The position numbers were made by a program, and so were the translations under genes. A DNA stretch of 64,000 nucleotides from an uncultured delta proteobacterium (GTDB lineage: Bacteria; Desulfobacterota; Binatia; UBA9968), in the NCBI GenBank assembly GCA_963745835.1, contig CAVUZH010000013.1:832001-896000 (forward strand). The letters run 5' to 3'. Below are positions 11,265 through 25,791 of this stretch, piece by piece. How positions within the stretch are numbered: position 1 is the stretch's first letter; each line of letters opens with the position of its first letter. The notes under the pieces are model-generated. The model saw nothing but the letters and a program-made list of their open reading frames with translations, had not been told where the DNA came from and ran no database searches.

Positions 11265-13357
11265 TTTTTGTCATCCGACTTGCCGTCTAACTTGGCAATA
11301 ATCCCCTCGGCAACGTTGGCCGGCACCGGCTCATAATGTGAGAACTGCATCGTGTAGGTTGCTCGTCCCTGGGTCATTGAACGCAGGTCGGTAGCATAAC
11401 CGAACATCTGTGCTAGCGGCACCCGCGCATCTATGGCCTGAGCAGCCGGCCGCGTATCCATTCCCAAAACCTTACCCCGACGCGAGTTGAGATCGCCAAT
11501 CACGTCGCCCATGAAATCTTCAGGCACCACGACCTCCACTGACATAATGGGTTCGAGCAGGACCGGACTCGCTTTGCGCGCGGCCTCTTTAAAAGCCATC
11601 GAGCCGGCGATCTTAAAGGCGATTTCCGATGAATCGACGTCATGATAGCTGCCGTCGAACAACGTGACCTTTACATCAACCATCGGATAACCCGCCAAAG
11701 CGCCATTTTCTGTCGCCTCTTTGACGCCTTTTTCTACCGCCGGAATATACTCGCGCGGAATCGAACCGCCCTTAATGGCGTCGACGAATTCAAAACCAGC
11801 TCCGGGCTGTTGTGGCTCCAATTTGATCCAGACATCACCGTACTGACCGCGGCCACCGGTTTGGCGAATGAACTTGCCCTGCTGCTCGACCGCCTTACGA
11901 ACCGTTTCCTTATAGGCGACCTGCGGCTTACCGACATTGGCGCCGACGTTAAATTCTCTTAGTAGGCGATCAACGATGATTTCCAGGTGAAGCTCGCCCA
12001 TGCCGGAAATAATCGTCTGGCCGGTCTCTTCGTCGGTTCGCACTCGGAACGACGGGTCTTCAGCGGCTAGCTTCTGCAGTGACAAACCAAGCTTTTCCTG
12101 ATCGGCCTTGCTTTTCGGCTCGATGGCAATCGAAATTACCGGCTCAGGAAACTCGATGGATTCGAGAATAATCGGATCGTTTTCATCGCACAAAGTATCG
12201 CCCGTGGTTGCAGTTCGCAGACCCACTCCAGCGGCAATATCACCGGCGTACACTGCTTTTATCTCTTCACGCTTGTTCGCGTGCATCTTCAAAAGACGAC
12301 CTATTCTCTCGCGCTTGCCTTTGGTTGAATTATAAACACTGGCACCCGCACTCAACGATCCGGAGTAGACTCTGAAAAAACTCAACGTTCCAACGAACGG
12401 GTCAGTCATGATTTTGAACGCAAGAGCCGAAAACGGAGCATCGTCCTTGGCGGGGCGTTCGTCGGGCGCCTGGGTGTCGGGATCGATGCCTTTAACCGGC
12501 GGAATATCCAGTGGCGAGGGCAAGTACTCGATTACGGCGTCGAGCAACGGCTGAACACCTTTGTTGCGGAACGCCGAGCCGCACAGCACCGGAATGATCT
12601 TGATCGCCAAAGTAGCACTTCGGATGGCCTTCGTCAGCTCAGCTTCGCTGATTTCGTGGCCCTCCAAGTACTTCTCCATGATTGTCTCGTCCGAATCCGC
12701 AGCTGCTTCGATCAACTTTTCACGATACTCCGCCGCCGCCGATGCTAGCTCCTCCGGTATAGCTTCATCACGAAACTTGGCGCCGAGACTCTCATCCTCC
12801 CAGACAATCGCCTTCATGCGCACCAGATCAATGACGCCGATGAATTTATCCTCGGCACCGATCGGCAACTGCAACGGAACCGCGCGCGCGCCGAGACGAT
12901 CCTTGATCATTTGGACGACCCGGAAGAAATCGGCTCCCAACCGATCCATCTTGTTGACAAACGCGATGCGGGGAACCTGGTACTTATCGGCCTGCCGCCA
13001 AACAGTCTCGGTCTGCGGCTCGACGCCACCCACCGAGCAGAAAACCCCTACGGCGCCGTCTAAAACTCGCAGCGAACGTTCCACCTCGATTGTAAAGTCA
13101 ACGTGTCCCGGCGTATCAATGATATTGACCCGGTGATCTCGCCATAAACAGGTGGTTGCCGCTGAGGTGATAGTAATGCCGCGCTCTTGCTCTTGGACCA
13201 TCCAGTCCATGGTCGCAGTTCCCTCATGAACCTCGCCGATCTTGTAGTTGATCCCCGTATAATAAAGGATCCTTTCGGTGGTTGTCGTCTTTCCCGCATC
13301 AATATGGGCCATGATGCCAATATTGCGGGTTCTATCTAAGGGAACAGTTCTAGGCAT
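11261..13357 (-). CDS. fusA: Elongation factor G (likely start ATG 13357)
   Basis: [31 protein letters not shown]. Confidence 0.99.
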   Translation of the reverse strand: MPRTVPLDRTRNIGIMAHIDAGKTTTTERILYYTGINYKIGEVHEGTATMDWMVQEQERGITITSAATTCLWRDHRVNIIDTPGHVDFTIEVERSLRVLDGAVGVFCSVGGVEPQTETVWRQADKYQVPRIAFVNKMDRLGADFFRVVQMIKDRLGARAVPLQLPIGAEDKFIGVIDLVRMKAIVWEDESLGAKFRDEAIPEELASAAAEYREKLIEAAADSDETIMEKYLEGHEISEAELTKAIRSATLAIKIIPVLCGSAFRNKGVQPLLDAVIEYLPSPLDIPPVKGIDPDTQAPDERPAKDDAPFSALAFKIMTDPFVGTLSFFRVYSGSLSAGASVYNSTKGKRERIGRLLKMHANKREEIKAVYAGDIAAGVGLRTATTGDTLCDENDPIILESIEFPEPVISIAIEPKSKADQEKLGLSLQKLAAEDPSFRVRTDEETGQTIISGMGELHLEIIVDRLLREFNVGANVGKPQVAYKETVRKAVEQQGKFIRQTGGRGQYGDVWIKLEPQQPGAGFEFVDAIKGGSIPREYIPAVEKGVKEATENGALAGYPMVDVKVTLFDGSYHDVDSSEIAFKIAGSMAFKEAARKASPVLLEPIMSVEVVVPEDFMGDVIGDLNSRRGKVLGMDTRPAAQAIDARVPLAQMFGYATDLRSMTQGRATYTMQFSHYEPVPANVAEGIIAKLDGKSDDKK

Positions 13358-13370
13358 TGCTCTACACCGG

Positions 13371-13403
13371 AAAAAAAGGAGGCGGATCAACCGCCTCCTT
13401 TTT
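13371..13403 (-). terminator. Intrinsic terminator-like hairpin between rpsG and fusA
   Basis: Minus strand AAAAAGGAGGCGG-TTGAT-CCGCCTCC-TTTTTTT: perfect stem plus U7 tail. Confidence 0.7.
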
Positions 13404-13422
13404 ACAAATATCTTTTCTAAAT

Positions 13423-14266
<844 letters not shown>

Positions 14267-14364
14267 ACGTCTATTCGATCACCAAATTGAATTTGATATG
14301 GATAAAGCGACGACTTTCTGGGGAACCACTTTAGTTAACAAATTAATCCCACCATGTCAAAAGC

Positions 14365-17300
14365 CTAAGCTCCTGCGGCCTGTGACATGTCCTCCTCGAA
14401 TCCTTCTGGAGCATCAATTTCGATTTCGGCTTTCGAGTATCTCGCGACCCCGGTTCCCGCTGGAATTAGCCGGCCCATGATGACGTTCTCCTTAAGACCG
14501 CAAAGTAAATCAATCTTGCCGTGAATCGCCGCTTCAGTGAGCACTTTCGTTGTCTCTTGAAACGAAGCTGCCGAGATAAAGCTTTCGGTCGATAGCGAGG
14601 CCTTAGTGATTCCGAGAAGCAGTGGCTCAGCCACAGCCGGCTTGCCGCCTCCTGCGATGGCACGCTGATTCTCCTCGTCAAAGCGCCATTTTTCCACCTG
14701 ATCGCCGACCAGGAATTCGGTATCGCCGACCTCTTTGATGCGCACACGACGTAACATCTGTCTGACGATGACCTCGATGTGCTTATCATTGATGCGCACC
14801 CCTTGCAGACGATAAATCTCCTGAACTTCGTCTACAAGGTACTTGGCGAGCGCTTTTTCACCCAAAATATTGAGAATATCATGGGGATTTGAAGAACCAT
14901 CCATGAGAGGCTCGCCGGCGCGTATACGATCGGTTTCGTGCACGCTGATGTGTTTGCCCTTGGGGATCAGATACTCGCGCGGTTCGCCAACTTCGGGAGT
15001 GACGACCACTTTGCGCTTTCCCTTGGTGTCTTTACCAAAGGAAACGGTTCCGTCGATTTCACTTATGACTGCGAACTCTTTCGGCTTGCGCGCTTCGAAC
15101 AATTCGGCTACCCGGGGCAAACCGCCGGTAATATCCTTTGTCTTGGTTGTTTCGCGCGGGATTTTTGCGATCGCATCACCTGCGTAAACCGTCTGACCCT
15201 CTTGCACGTTGATATGAGCGCCCACCGGCAACAGATAGCGAGCTTCCGATGTTGCTGACATCCGCGCCGTCTGTCCACCATCGTCTTTGATTGAAATTCG
15301 CGGCCGCTTGTCAACGTCTTTGGAGTCAATAATTACCTTTGTGGACAGGCCTGTGCGCTCGTCCACCTTCTCCTCCATGGTGATCGCTTCAATGACGTCA
15401 CCAAACTTCACTACGCCGCTCATTTCGGTTAGAATCGGAATCGTGTACGGGTCCCATTCGGCGATCAATTCGCCGGCTTTGATCTTTTCCCCATCCTTCT
15501 TTTTTAGCTTCGCGCCATAAACCACCGGATAACGTTCTCGCTCGCGTTCCCTGCCTTTCTCACCTTCCGGATAATCGACGATGGCGAGTTCGCCGTTGCG
15601 GTTCATCACCACTAGATCCTTCTCCTTGTTGGTGACGGTGCTGACGTTGATGAACTTGATAAAGCCATCGTTGCGCGATTCTAAAGTAGTCTGCTCTGCT
15701 CTCCGGCTCGCAGTACCACCGATGTGAAACGTACGCATCGTCAGCTGTGTTCCCGGTTCGCCAATCGATTGCGCCGCAATAACGCCGATCGCTTCCCCGT
15801 GATTGACCATATGGCCTCGGCCTAGATCACGTCCGTAGCACATCACACATACGCCGCGCTTCGATTGACAGGTCAACACAGAACGAATCTTGATCCGCTC
15901 TAAACCGGCGTCTTCGATGCGTTGCACCAAGTCTTCATTGATTTCTTGGTTGGCTTTGACGATAATGTCGCCGGAGAAAGGATCGCGCACATCCTCGAGC
16001 GCGACTCGCCCGAGCACGCGATCGCCGAGCGGCTCGATAATCTCACCGCCTTCCATGAGCGGCGTAATTTCTATGCCATCCATGGTGCCGCAATCAGGAT
16101 CGGAAATCACCGAGTCCTGAGCAACGTCTACCAGGCGTCGAGTCAGATAACCCGAATTAGCGGTCTTCAATGCGGTGTCAGCCAACCCCTTGCGCGCGCC
16201 GTGGGTTGAGATGAAGTACTGCAAAACCGTCAATCCCTCGCGAAAGTTAGCAGTAATGGGCGTCTCAATAATCTCTCCGGACGGCTTGGCCATCAACCCG
16301 CGCATGCCGGCCAACTGACGGATCTGCTGGGCGCTGCCGCGAGCACCGGAATCGGCCATCATGAAGATCGGATTAAAGCTTGGAATCGAAGTTTCACGTC
16401 CGGTTTCATCAGTAACTTTCTCGGAGCCGAGGTCGCGTAGCATTTCGTCGGCGATTCGATCGGTAACCTCAGCCCAGATATCAACCACTTTGTTGTAACG
16501 TTCACCGTCGGTAATGAGTCCGTTCTTGTATTGCTCTTCGATTTCGCGAACGTCTTCGTGCGCGCTCTTGAGCAAGACCTCTTTATTGGGCGGGATCACC
16601 ATGTCCTTGATGGCGATAGAGATGCCCGCCTTGGTGGCGTGCCGATAGCCGATATCTTTCAAACGGTCGGCGAGAATAACGGTCGCCTTATTGCCAGCCA
16701 GCCGGTAACTGATGTCGATTAGATTTGCCAGCTCTTTTTTCTTCAGAACTCGATTGACTTCCTTGAATGCGATCTCCGGCGGCACAACCTCATAAACCAG
16801 AATTCGGCCGACGGTGGTCTCGACGCGCTCACCATTCATCCGGACGGTGATCGGGGCTTGAATCTCCACCTCTCCCTGATCATAGGCGATACGAACTTCC
16901 GTCGGGCTGCTAAAGATGCGCCCGGCGCCTTTGGCTTGGAAGCGATCCCGGGTCATGTAGTAGAGGCCCAGCACGATATCCTGCGTCGGCACGATGATGG
17001 GCTTGCCATTGGCCGGGGACAGAATGTTGTTGGTGGACATCATCAGGGCGCGAGCTTCAACCTGAGCTTCGACCGACAATGGGACATGAACTGCCATCTG
17101 ATCACCGTCGAAATCTGCGTTATACGCCGCGCAGACCAATGGATGAAGTTGAATCGCCTTCCCTTCGATCAGGATCGGCTCAAAAGCTTGAATCCCAAGG
17201 CGGTGCAATGTCGGAGCCCGGTTGAGCATCACCGGGTGCTCGCGAATCACTTCATCGAGAATATCCCAAACCTCGGGCCGTTCTTTTTCGACCATTTTCT

Positions 17301-18492
17301 TTGCGCTCTTAATCGTGGTGACGAAGCCGCGCTCTTCGAGCTTGTTATAGATAAACGGCTTGAACAACTCCAAAGCCATCTTCTTAGGCAACCCGCACTG
17401 GTGTAGCCGCAGTTCCGGTCCGACAACGATCACCGAACGTCCGGAATAGTCCACCCGTTTACCGAGCAGGTTCTGGCGGAATCTGCCGGTTTTACCTTTA
17501 AGCATATCGCTCAAGGACTTAAGCGGCCGGCGATTTTGGCCGGTGATAGCTCGCCCACGCCGGCCGTTATCAAATAGAGCGTCAACGGCCTCTTGGAGCA
17601 TGCGTTTCTCATTCCGAATGATCATATCCGGCGCGCTTAGCTCCATCAGACGCTTGAGCCGATTATTTCGGTTGATGACGCGCCGGTAGAGATCGTTTAA
17701 ATCCGAGGTAGCGAAACGACCACCGTCAAGCGGCACCAAAGGCCGTAGATCCGGGGGAATGACTGGAACAACTTCCATGACCATCCACTCCGGTCGGTTC
17801 CCCGAAGTCCTAAAAGCGTTGAGGACTTTTAATCGTTTTGCCAACTTTTTGCGCCGAACCTCGGAGTTCGCATCGCGCATTTCTTGGCGCAGATCTTCTG
17901 AAAGTTTTACTACATCGACGGCTTTGAGGATCTTCCGAACCGCCTCCGCGCCCATCTCCGCGGTAAACCTACCGCCAAACTCCTCCATAGCTTTGCGATA
18001 TCGGACCTCGCTCAAGAGCTCCTTGTATTGCAAAGGAGTCTCTCCTGGATCGATAACGATATAGGACTCAAAATAGAGCACCTTCTCGATGTCCTTTAGC
18101 GACATGTCGAGCAAAGCGCCGATCCGGCTCGGCAGGCTTTTAAGAAACCAGATATGGACTACCGGCGTGGCCAGCTCGATATGGCCCATCCGTTCGCGGC
18201 GCACCTTGGATTGAATCACCTCGACGCCGCACTTTTCACAGACAACGCCTCGGTGGCGCATGCGTTTATACTTGCCGCAGTTACATTCGTAGTCTTTGGT
18301 CGGACCAAAAATCTTGGCGCAAAATAAACCATCTCGTTCCGGCTTGAACGTTCTGTAGTTAATCGTCTCCGGCTTCTTCACCTCCCCGTGTGACCAAGAC
18401 CGCACTTTTTCCGGGGACGCCACAGAGACTCGGATCGCATTAAAACTTAGCGGATTTTTCGGTCGTTCGAATAAGTTAAAAAGATCTTCCAT
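14365..18492 (-). CDS. rpoC: RNA polymerase beta' subunit
   Basis: NADFDGD catalytic motif, Zn ribbon. Confidence 0.99.
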   Translation of the reverse strand: MEDLFNLFERPKNPLSFNAIRVSVASPEKVRSWSHGEVKKPETINYRTFKPERDGLFCAKIFGPTKDYECNCGKYKRMRHRGVVCEKCGVEVIQSKVRRERMGHIELATPVVHIWFLKSLPSRIGALLDMSLKDIEKVLYFESYIVIDPGETPLQYKELLSEVRYRKAMEEFGGRFTAEMGAEAVRKILKAVDVVKLSEDLRQEMRDANSEVRRKKLAKRLKVLNAFRTSGNRPEWMVMEVVPVIPPDLRPLVPLDGGRFATSDLNDLYRRVINRNNRLKRLMELSAPDMIIRNEKRMLQEAVDALFDNGRRGRAITGQNRRPLKSLSDMLKGKTGRFRQNLLGKRVDYSGRSVIVVGPELRLHQCGLPKKMALELFKPFIYNKLEERGFVTTIKSAKKMVEKERPEVWDILDEVIREHPVMLNRAPTLHRLGIQAFEPILIEGKAIQLHPLVCAAYNADFDGDQMAVHVPLSVEAQVEARALMMSTNNILSPANGKPIIVPTQDIVLGLYYMTRDRFQAKGAGRIFSSPTEVRIAYDQGEVEIQAPITVRMNGERVETTVGRILVYEVVPPEIAFKEVNRVLKKKELANLIDISYRLAGNKATVILADRLKDIGYRHATKAGISIAIKDMVIPPNKEVLLKSAHEDVREIEEQYKNGLITDGERYNKVVDIWAEVTDRIADEMLRDLGSEKVTDETGRETSIPSFNPIFMMADSGARGSAQQIRQLAGMRGLMAKPSGEIIETPITANFREGLTVLQYFISTHGARKGLADTALKTANSGYLTRRLVDVAQDSVISDPDCGTMDGIEITPLMEGGEIIEPLGDRVLGRVALEDVRDPFSGDIIVKANQEINEDLVQRIEDAGLERIKIRSVLTCQSKRGVCVMCYGRDLGRGHMVNHGEAIGVIAAQSIGEPGTQLTMRTFHIGGTASRRAEQTTLESRNDGFIKFINVSTVTNKEKDLVVMNRNGELAIVDYPEGEKGRERERERYPVVYGAKLKKKDGEKIKAGELIAEWDPYTIPILTEMSGVVKFGDVIEAITMEEKVDERTGLSTKVIIDSKDVDKRPRISIKDDGGQTARMSATSEARYLLPVGAHINVQEGQTVYAGDAIAKIPRETTKTKDITGGLPRVAELFEARKPKEFAVISEIDGTVSFGKDTKGKRKVVVTPEVGEPREYLIPKGKHISVHETDRIRAGEPLMDGSSNPHDILNILGEKALAKYLVDEVQEIYRLQGVRINDKHIEVIVRQMLRRVRIKEVGDTEFLVGDQVEKWRFDEENQRAIAGGGKPAVAEPLLLGITKASLSTESFISAASFQETTKVLTEAAIHGKIDLLCGLKENVIMGRLIPAGTGVARYSKAEIEIDAPEGFEEDMSQAAGA

Positions 18493-18539
18493 AAAGATCC
18501 ACCTCCAGCATCAGCGCAGTGGGCCGCCACAAGGCTTAG

Positions 18540-21500
18540 CTATTTTTCCTCGACTAGATCAACATCGAGCCCCAGGCTCTGGAGCTCCTTAACCATCACG
18601 TTAAACGATTCAGGCAATCCTGGTTCGAGGAGATTATCCCCTTTAACAATCGCCTCGTACATTCGCGTTCGCCCAACGACATCATCAGACTTGACAGTCA
18701 GCATTTCTTGAAGAGTATACGCTGCGCCATAAGCCTCTAACGCCCAAACCTCCATTTCTCCGAGCCGCTGGCCGCCAAACTGAGCCTTACCACCCAATGG
18801 TTGCTGTGTAACGAGAGAATAGGGACCGGTGGAGCGAGCATGTATTTTGTCATCAACCAGGTGATGCAGTTTCATGATATACATAATTCCGACTGTGACT
18901 TTACCGTCGAAGGGCTCGCCGCTGCGGCCATCATATAGAGTCACTTGGCCGCTGACCGGGAGATCGGCTTTTCGCAGCAAATTAAAGATTTCATCTTCCG
19001 CCGCGCCATCAAAAACCGGCGACGCCAAACGTACCCCGTCACGATATTTCTCCGCCAGCTTAAATACGTCAGCGTCTTTGGCGCCATCGATAAGCTCGCT
19101 GGCTTCTTTGCTATTGAGATATTCCTTAAGCCGCTTGCGCAGAGCGTCCAGTTCATGGCGGTGTTCGCGCATTAGTTGATCGATCTGATGCCCGAGACTG
19201 CGCGCTGCCCAGCCCAGATGCGCTTCGAGAATTTGGCCCACGTTCATACGTGAGGGGACACCCAGCGGATTGAGCACCACGTCAACCGGAGTGCCGTCCT
19301 CTAAATAAGGCATATCCTCTTCGGGCAGAATTCTAGAAATGACGCCTTTGTTGCCGTGGCGGCCAGCCATCTTGTCGCCAACCTGCAACTTACGCTTGAT
19401 GGCGACAAAGACTTTCACCATCTTAATGACGCCTGGCGGGAGCTCATCGCCGCCTCTGAGTTTTTCGATCTTGTCTTCGAATACCTCTTTAATTAGCTTG
19501 ACCTGTCCGGCCGTGCTTTCAACAATACGGTCGAGCTCCGCTTCCACTGATTCGTTATCGACACGGATCTCGCTCCAGTAGCTCATCGGCAATTGATCCA
19601 GATCTTCCTCGGTGATCTCCTTACCCTTAACTAGCAGCAGTTTTCGACTGTCGTCGCTTAGTCGGTTCGCCAGTTTCCGGCCGACTAGAAGTTTTTTCAA
19701 ACGCCTGAGCGCGCCATCTTGAAGAATTCGGACCTCGTCATGCTGATCTTTGCGTAGCCGTATGATCTCTTCGTCCTCAATCGCCTTGCTTCTCTCATCC
19801 TTGCCCAAACCTTTGCGCGAAAAGATCCGGACATTGATAACCGTCCCTTCAACTCCCGGCGGAACGCGCAGCGACGTATCTCGGACCTCACCAGCCTTCT
19901 CTCCGAATATAGCGCGCAAGAGTTTTTCTTCAGGCGACAACTGAGTCTCGCCCTTGGGAGTGATTTTTCCCACGAGGATATCGCTAGGCTTGACCTCGGC
20001 GCCGATTCTGATGATACCGCTGTCGTCAAGATCGGTCAGCGCTTCGTCGCCGACGTTCGGGATGTCACGCGTGATCTCTTCCGGCCCGAGTTTGGTGTCG
20101 CGGGAAACACATTCAAATTCTTCGATATGAATTGAGGTGTAAATGTCTTCTTTAACGACACGCTCGCTAATTAAAATAGAATCTTCAAAGTTGTAGCCGC
20201 CCCAAGGCATGAGCGCGACAAGAACATTGCGGCCCAGCGCAAGCTCTCCCATCTCCGTGGATGGACCGTCGGCGATAACGTCGCCGGCTTTTACTTGGTC
20301 CCCAATCCTGACGATTGGTCGTTGATTGACGCAAGTATTCTGATTGGAACGCTGGTACTTGACTAAATTGTAGATATCAACTCCCGTGTCCCGGGCACCG
20401 GAAGGCTTGTCAGCCTTAACCACAATGCGAGTCGAATCGACACTTTCGATTACGCCGTCGCGCTTCGCCACAACTGTCACGCCGGAATCCCGGGCGACAA
20501 CTTTCTCCATCCCGGTACCGACCAGAGGAGCCTCGGTCCTTAACAGAGGCACTGCCTGACGCTGCATGTTAGAGCCCATCAGAGCCCGGTTGGCGTCATC
20601 GTTTTCAAGGAATGGAATCAGCGAGGCCGCCACGCTGACGAGTTGATTTGGCGACACATCCATGAAGTTGACTTCCTCAGGTCGCGCCATCACGAATTCA
20701 CCGCCTTTGCGAGCAGAAACTAAATCGAGAGTGAAGACGCCACGGGCATCGATCGGCGCATTGGCTTGGGCTATGACATGATCTTCCTCTTCAAGCGCGG
20801 AAAGATACCGTATCCGATCCGTGACCTTGCCGTTTTCAACCTCGCGATACGGCGTTTCGATGAAGCCAAACTCATTGACTCGAGCATACGTCGTCAAGGA
20901 TGCGATCAGTCCAATATTTGGACCTTCCGGCGTCTCAATCGGGCAAACGCGACCATAGTGCGTCGGATGAACATCGCGCACTTCGAATCCTGCGCGTTCC
21001 CGGGTCAGTCCACCGGGACCCAATGCCGATAAGCGGCGTTTGTGAGTGATCTCCGAAAGCGGATTAGTTTGATCCATGAATTGGGACAATTGGCTGGAAC
21101 CAAAAAACTCTTTAAGCGCAGCGGACACAGGCTTGTAGTTAATCAGTTCCTGCGGCATCAACGTTTCGATATCCTGCAAGCTCATTTTCTCTTTGATGGC
21201 CCGTTCCATACGCACCAGTCCGACACGGAAGTGGTTTTCAACGAGCTCGCCCACGGCGCGTACCCGACGGTTACCGAGATGATCAATATCGTCGACGGTG
21301 CCGTTGCCGTTCTTTAGCTCCATCAGATAGCGAACGACCTCAAGAATATCTTCCTTGCGAAGCGTGCCCTGCTCTAATGGAACGTTCAGCTTAAGGCGGT
21401 GATTCAGCTTAAGCCGACCTACTTTGGAAAGATCATAACGGTCTGGATTGAAGAACAAGTTGTTAAAGAAGTTAGTCGCCGAATCAACCGTCGGAGGATC

Positions 21501-22643
21501 ACCCGGCCTTAGGCGGCGATAAATCTCCAAAATTGCATCTTGAGGTGAGTTGATGCGATCCTGCAACAACGTATTTCGCAAGTAAGGACCGACTGTCGAT
21601 TCGTCGATGAACAGAACTTCGATCTGATGAATGCCCTTTTCCCGGATGAGATCCAGCTTCTCTTGGGTAATGGGATGATTGGATTCAACGATGACTTCTT
21701 TGGTTTGCGGATTGACAATATCATGAGCAGCAATCCGACCCAGGATCTCTTCCCAAACGATTGGGACTTGTTTGACCTTGGCTTGCTCCATTTGACGCAA
21801 GACCGGACGGGTAAACTTTTTACCTTCCTTAACGATGAGATCATTGCTTTTGGGGTCGCGAACATCGCTCGTCACTTTCGCTCCCATCAAATGCGCGGGA
21901 TTGAAAACAAGCGCCGGTTTGCGTCCATCGAAAACGATGGTATCGCTCCGGTAATAGTAATTCAGCAGATCTTCCGTAGTCATACCGAGCGCTCTCAGCA
22001 AAACCGTGGCATGAAACTTACGCCGGCGATCGATACGGACATAGATGATATCTCGGGGATCAAACTCGAGATCAACCCAGGAACCGCGGTAGGGAATGAT
22101 TCGCGCCGAATAGAGCAACTTACCGCTCGCGTGTGTCTTTCCCTTATCATGTTCGAAAAAAACTCCAGGGGATCGGTGCAATTGACTGACAATGACCCGT
22201 TCGGTGCCGTTCACCATAAACGTGCCGTTCTTCGTCATCAGAGCAATCTCACCAAAATACACCTCCTGCTCTTTGACATTCTTGATGCTGCGGGCGCCGG
22301 TTTGGGAGTCGACATCCCATAAAACGAGCTGAACCGTTACTTTGAGCGGCGCGGCGAAAGTCATGCCGCGCTGATGACACTCGTCGACGTCGTATTTCGG
22401 CTCGCCCAAGCTATAGCTGACAAACTCCAGGGACGCCGTTTCATTAAAGTCCTTGATTGGAAATACCGACTTAAAAACCTCTTGAAGGCCGATATTCTCG
22501 CGCTGCGCGGGCGAAGAATCCTTTTGTAAAAACAGCTCATAGGAGTTCTTCTGGATTTCAATTAGATAAGGCAGATCAATGATTCTCTTGATCCTGCCAA
22601 AACTGCGGCGAAATCGTAAATTATTGGCCACTTGAAATGGCAT
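18540..22643 (-). CDS. rpoB: RNA polymerase beta subunit
   Basis: [34 protein letters not shown]. Confidence 0.99.
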   Translation of the reverse strand: MPFQVANNLRFRRSFGRIKRIIDLPYLIEIQKNSYELFLQKDSSPAQRENIGLQEVFKSVFPIKDFNETASLEFVSYSLGEPKYDVDECHQRGMTFAAPLKVTVQLVLWDVDSQTGARSIKNVKEQEVYFGEIALMTKNGTFMVNGTERVIVSQLHRSPGVFFEHDKGKTHASGKLLYSARIIPYRGSWVDLEFDPRDIIYVRIDRRRKFHATVLLRALGMTTEDLLNYYYRSDTIVFDGRKPALVFNPAHLMGAKVTSDVRDPKSNDLIVKEGKKFTRPVLRQMEQAKVKQVPIVWEEILGRIAAHDIVNPQTKEVIVESNHPITQEKLDLIREKGIHQIEVLFIDESTVGPYLRNTLLQDRINSPQDAILEIYRRLRPGDPPTVDSATNFFNNLFFNPDRYDLSKVGRLKLNHRLKLNVPLEQGTLRKEDILEVVRYLMELKNGNGTVDDIDHLGNRRVRAVGELVENHFRVGLVRMERAIKEKMSLQDIETLMPQELINYKPVSAALKEFFGSSQLSQFMDQTNPLSEITHKRRLSALGPGGLTRERAGFEVRDVHPTHYGRVCPIETPEGPNIGLIASLTTYARVNEFGFIETPYREVENGKVTDRIRYLSALEEEDHVIAQANAPIDARGVFTLDLVSARKGGEFVMARPEEVNFMDVSPNQLVSVAASLIPFLENDDANRALMGSNMQRQAVPLLRTEAPLVGTGMEKVVARDSGVTVVAKRDGVIESVDSTRIVVKADKPSGARDTGVDIYNLVKYQRSNQNTCVNQRPIVRIGDQVKAGDVIADGPSTEMGELALGRNVLVALMPWGGYNFEDSILISERVVKEDIYTSIHIEEFECVSRDTKLGPEEITRDIPNVGDEALTDLDDSGIIRIGAEVKPSDILVGKITPKGETQLSPEEKLLRAIFGEKAGEVRDTSLRVPPGVEGTVINVRIFSRKGLGKDERSKAIEDEEIIRLRKDQHDEVRILQDGALRRLKKLLVGRKLANRLSDDSRKLLLVKGKEITEEDLDQLPMSYWSEIRVDNESVEAELDRIVESTAGQVKLIKEVFEDKIEKLRGGDELPPGVIKMVKVFVAIKRKLQVGDKMAGRHGNKGVISRILPEEDMPYLEDGTPVDVVLNPLGVPSRMNVGQILEAHLGWAARSLGHQIDQLMREHRHELDALRKRLKEYLNSKEASELIDGAKDADVFKLAEKYRDGVRLASPVFDGAAEDEIFNLLRKADLPVSGQVTLYDGRSGEPFDGKVTVGIMYIMKLHHLVDDKIHARSTGPYSLVTQQPLGGKAQFGGQRLGEMEVWALEAYGAAYTLQEMLTVKSDDVVGRTRMYEAIVKGDNLLEPGLPESFNVMVKELQSLGLDVDLVEEK

Positions 22644-22705
22644 TGTTTCTCCTTTGGCGATCTAAACAATATTTCCGATTCACAGGATTCTCCGGTGCTG
22701 GTGCG

Positions 22706-23083
22706 CTATTTGATGTCGACCTTGGCGCCCTGTTCCTCGAGCTTTTTCTTGATCGTTTCAGCCTCGGCTTTTGCAATGCCCTCTTTGACGTTCTTGGGTG
22801 CGCCATCGACGAGATCTTTCGCCTCTTTTAAACCGAGACCGGTGAGCTCTCGGACAACCTTGATCACTTGGATTTTCTTTTCGCCCGCTTCTGTAAGAAC
22901 AACATCAAATTCGGTTTTCTCTTCCGCCGCTGCCGCGGGGCCACTAGCTGCCGCAGCCACCGCCATAGGCGCCGCAGCACTGACGCCGAGCTCTTGTTCG
23001 AGTTCCTTGACCAGAGTCGCAGCGTCTAGCAGTGTCATGTTCTTAATGTAGTCCTTAACCTGTTCCCTAGATACCTCTGCCAT
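22706..23083 (-). CDS. rplL: 50S ribosomal protein L7/L12
   Basis: [19 protein letters not shown]. Confidence 0.99.
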   Translation of the reverse strand: MAEVSREQVKDYIKNMTLLDAATLVKELEQELGVSAAAPMAVAAAASGPAAAAEEKTEFDVVLTEAGEKKIQVIKVVRELTGLGLKEAKDLVDGAPKNVKEGIAKAEAETIKKKLEEQGAKVDIK

Positions 23084-23127
23084 AAAACGTCCCCCTTTTA
23101 ATTAAATCCACGCACCGATTGTTGTAA

Positions 23128-23670
23128 TTACTCGGCTTTTCCCTTAGCTGCCGCATCGAGCAATCTGACTACCCGAGATCCGGGTTCTTGAATGAGGCGA
23201 AGCAAGTAAGTCGCTGGCCCCTGTATCAGCGCGAGCAACGTCGCCTGCAGCTCAGGTTTACTGGGCATTTGTGAGAGAACTTTGACCCGAGCAGGATCCA
23301 TTAACTCGCCCTCAAACATTGCCCCCTTGATCGTCATTTTTTCATTGGCATCGACAAACTTGACGAGCGTCTTAGAAAGCAGGACCGGATCGTCATATGC
23401 GAACACCCATCCATTGGGACCCTCGAGCATTCGTTCCAATTCGCCGTAAGCGGTATCTTTAAGAGCCCGGCGAACGAGAGTATTTTTGATAACCTGATAT
23501 TCCCCTGCCACATCGCGAATCTCGCGCCGCAACTGCGTCATCTTACCGACCGAAAGACCACGATACTCAGTTGCGATCGCCATCTTTGCTTTCCTAAATT
23601 TTTCATGCACAGCCGCTACCGTCTCGGCTTTTTCGCCGTGACTCGCGCGTGCAGCTTCTAACTCCGCCAT
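23128..23670 (-). CDS. rplJ: 50S ribosomal protein L10
   Basis: EYRGL...LR, VIKNTL; position between rplA and rplL. Confidence 0.97.
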   Translation of the reverse strand: MAELEAARASHGEKAETVAAVHEKFRKAKMAIATEYRGLSVGKMTQLRREIRDVAGEYQVIKNTLVRRALKDTAYGELERMLEGPNGWVFAYDDPVLLSKTLVKFVDANEKMTIKGAMFEGELMDPARVKVLSQMPSKPELQATLLALIQGPATYLLRLIQEPGSRVVRLLDAAAKGKAE

Positions 23671-23717
23671 GCTTCTCTCCCGATCCCCTTGGCTTGAAAT
23701 TTAGCTGAAGAACAGAC

Positions 23718-24422
23718 CTAGGCAGCCATAGCTCGAACCTGCGACAGGTCGATCTTGACTCCTGGGCCCATGGTCGTTGATAGCGTCACCCCGCGAATGT
23801 AGTTGCCTTTAGCTGAGGCAGGTTTGGCTCGGAGAATCGCTGAGAGCACGGCTCTGGCATTGTCTATGAGCTTCTCAGGCTCGAAAGAAGCCTTACCCAC
23901 GGGAACATGAACTATTCCTGCTTTATCGACTCTAAACTCCAATTTGCCGGCCTTGATCTCCTTAACGGCACGTGCAATATCGGCCGAGACCGTACCGGTC
24001 TTAGGATTAGGCATGAGGCCGCGTGGGCCCAACACCTTACCGATCCGACCGACTGCCGCCATCATATCCGGAGTCGCTACAGCTTTATCGAAATCGAACC
24101 ACCCCTCGCTGATCTTTTTAATAAGTTCATCGCTTCCGACGAAATCAGCTCCGGCTTCCTGGGCTTCTTTTTCCTTTTCTCCCTTGGCGAAAGCGAGCAC
24201 CCTAACGGCCTTGCCCATACCGTGTGGCAATGTCACGGTTCCCCTTACATTTTGGTCCGCTTGCCGTGGGTCAACCCCCAAGCGGATGGCGAACTCAACG
24301 GTCTCATCAAACTTTGCCCGGGCGGTTTCCCGTACAAGCTTAACGCCCTCGTCCAATTGATAGCGTTGACTACGATCTACCTTGGCCAACGCAGCGCGAT
24401 ATGATTTTCCAAAACCGCTCAT
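23718..24422 (-). CDS. rplA: 50S ribosomal protein L1
   Basis: [28 protein letters not shown]. Confidence 0.99.
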   Translation of the reverse strand: MSGFGKSYRAALAKVDRSQRYQLDEGVKLVRETARAKFDETVEFAIRLGVDPRQADQNVRGTVTLPHGMGKAVRVLAFAKGEKEKEAQEAGADFVGSDELIKKISEGWFDFDKAVATPDMMAAVGRIGKVLGPRGLMPNPKTGTVSADIARAVKEIKAGKLEFRVDKAGIVHVPVGKASFEPEKLIDNARAVLSAILRAKPASAKGNYIRGVTLSTTMGPGVKIDLSQVRAMAA

Positions 24423-24482
24423 TTGTCCCCCTCATAAAGCTTCAAAGCAGACGGATTTCGAATCGAGTGACTGCGCTCTGAA

Positions 24483-24908
24483 TCATCCCTCAACATCGAG
24501 ACCAAGGCTGCGAGCAGTACCTTCAACTGACTTCTCGGCCGCGGCCAAATCGTTAGCCGTCAAATCCTTGAGCTTCAACTCCGCAATCTGCCGAACTTGC
24601 GCCCGAGTAACTTTCCCAACTTTAGTCTTGCCCGGTTCCTTGGAACCTTTTTCCACGCCCGCAGCCTTTTTTAGCAGTACAGAAGCCGGCGGGGTCTTCG
24701 TCACAAAGGTGAAAGATCGGTCCGCATAGACTGTAATAATCACCGGAGTGATCATACCTTGCTGGGATTGAGTCGCAGCATTGAAGGCCTTGCAGAATTC
24801 CATGATATTAACCCCACGCTGCCCCAATGCAGGGCCGACGGGAGGGCTTGGATTGGCTGCCCCAGCGGGGATCTGCAACTTGATTTCTGCGATGACTTTT
24901 TTGGCCAT
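24483..24908 (-). CDS. rplK: 50S ribosomal protein L11
   Basis: [18 protein letters not shown]. Confidence 0.99.
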   Translation of the reverse strand: MAKKVIAEIKLQIPAGAANPSPPVGPALGQRGVNIMEFCKAFNAATQSQQGMITPVIITVYADRSFTFVTKTPPASVLLKKAAGVEKGSKEPGKTKVGKVTRAQVRQIAELKLKDLTANDLAAAEKSVEGTARSLGLDVEG

Positions 24909-24923
24909 TTAGTGTCCTTGTAA

Positions 24924-25454
24924 CTAGTTCCGCTCAACCTGAACGAATTCCAACTCGACAGGAGTGGCTCGTCCAAAGATACTGATGAGCACTCGAAGCT
25001 TGCCTTTATCCGGTCTAACTTCTTCAACAACCCCGTTGAAATCTGCAAACGGACCGTCGACAACTTTAACGTTCTCACCAACCGAAAATAGCACCCGGGG
25101 CTTGGGTTTGATTGCGCCCTCCTCCATTTGAAGAGTGATGGCTCTAACTTCCTCCTCCGAAATCGAAGGCGGATTCGTGCTGCCACCAACAAACCCAGTA
25201 ATTTTCGGTGTCTCTTTCACCACATGCCAAGTATCGTCATTGAGCTCCATTTGAACCAGAATGTAACCTGGAAAGAATTTTCTTGAGGAAGTTTTTTTCT
25301 TTCCTTTGACGAGCTCAACGACCTTTTCAACCGGCACAAGGATTTCACCGAAATACTCCTGTTTACCGAGAGTCCTCACCCGCTCCTCGAGAGCTGCCTT
25401 TGCCTTCTGTTCAAAACCCGAGAAGGTGTGAACGATATACCATTGCTTTGCCAT
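24924..25454 (-). CDS. nusG: Transcription factor NusG
   Basis: WYIVHTFSG, FPGYIL, KOW domain, IFGRATPVEL. Confidence 0.99.
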   Translation of the reverse strand: MAKQWYIVHTFSGFEQKAKAALEERVRTLGKQEYFGEILVPVEKVVELVKGKKKTSSRKFFPGYILVQMELNDDTWHVVKETPKITGFVGGSTNPPSISEEEVRAITLQMEEGAIKPKPRVLFSVGENVKVVDGPFADFNGVVEEVRPDKGKLRVLISIFGRATPVELEFVQVERN

Positions 25455-25470
25455 AGGAGAGCTCGGAGAG

Positions 25471-25686
25471 TTAATCGATGATAGCCTGGATCACTGTGGT
25501 CAAGCCCAAGTCTATGATCGCCAAGTAAACCGACACCAGCACGACCACTATAATAACGAGTGCAGTCGCAGCGTACGTTTCCTTCCGCGACGGCCAATGG
25601 ACCTTTTGCAGCTCCTGCCAGGATTCTTTTACAAACTCGACGGTATGGCCAAGAGTATCCTGAACTTTTTGAATCCAATCTGCCAT
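25471..25686 (-). CDS. secE: Preprotein translocase SecE
   Basis: ELQKVHWPS plus one TM helix. Confidence 0.97.
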   Translation of the reverse strand: MADWIQKVQDTLGHTVEFVKESWQELQKVHWPSRKETYAATALVIIVVVLVSVYLAIIDLGLTTVIQAIID

Positions 25687-25703
25687 GGCTAATGATGCAT
25701 TGA

Positions 25704-25781
25704 TGGCGGGTCAGGCAGGATTCGAACCTGCAACAGCCGGATTTGGAGTCCGGAGCTCTAGCCAGTTGGAGCTACTGACCC
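25704..25781 (-). tRNA. tRNA-Trp(CCA)
   Basis: Acceptor GGGTCAG/CTGACCC, anticodon arm CCGGA-CTCCAAA-TCCGG, GGTTCGAATCC, encoded CCA. Confidence 0.97.
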
Positions 25782-25791
25782 CCGGTAATCG

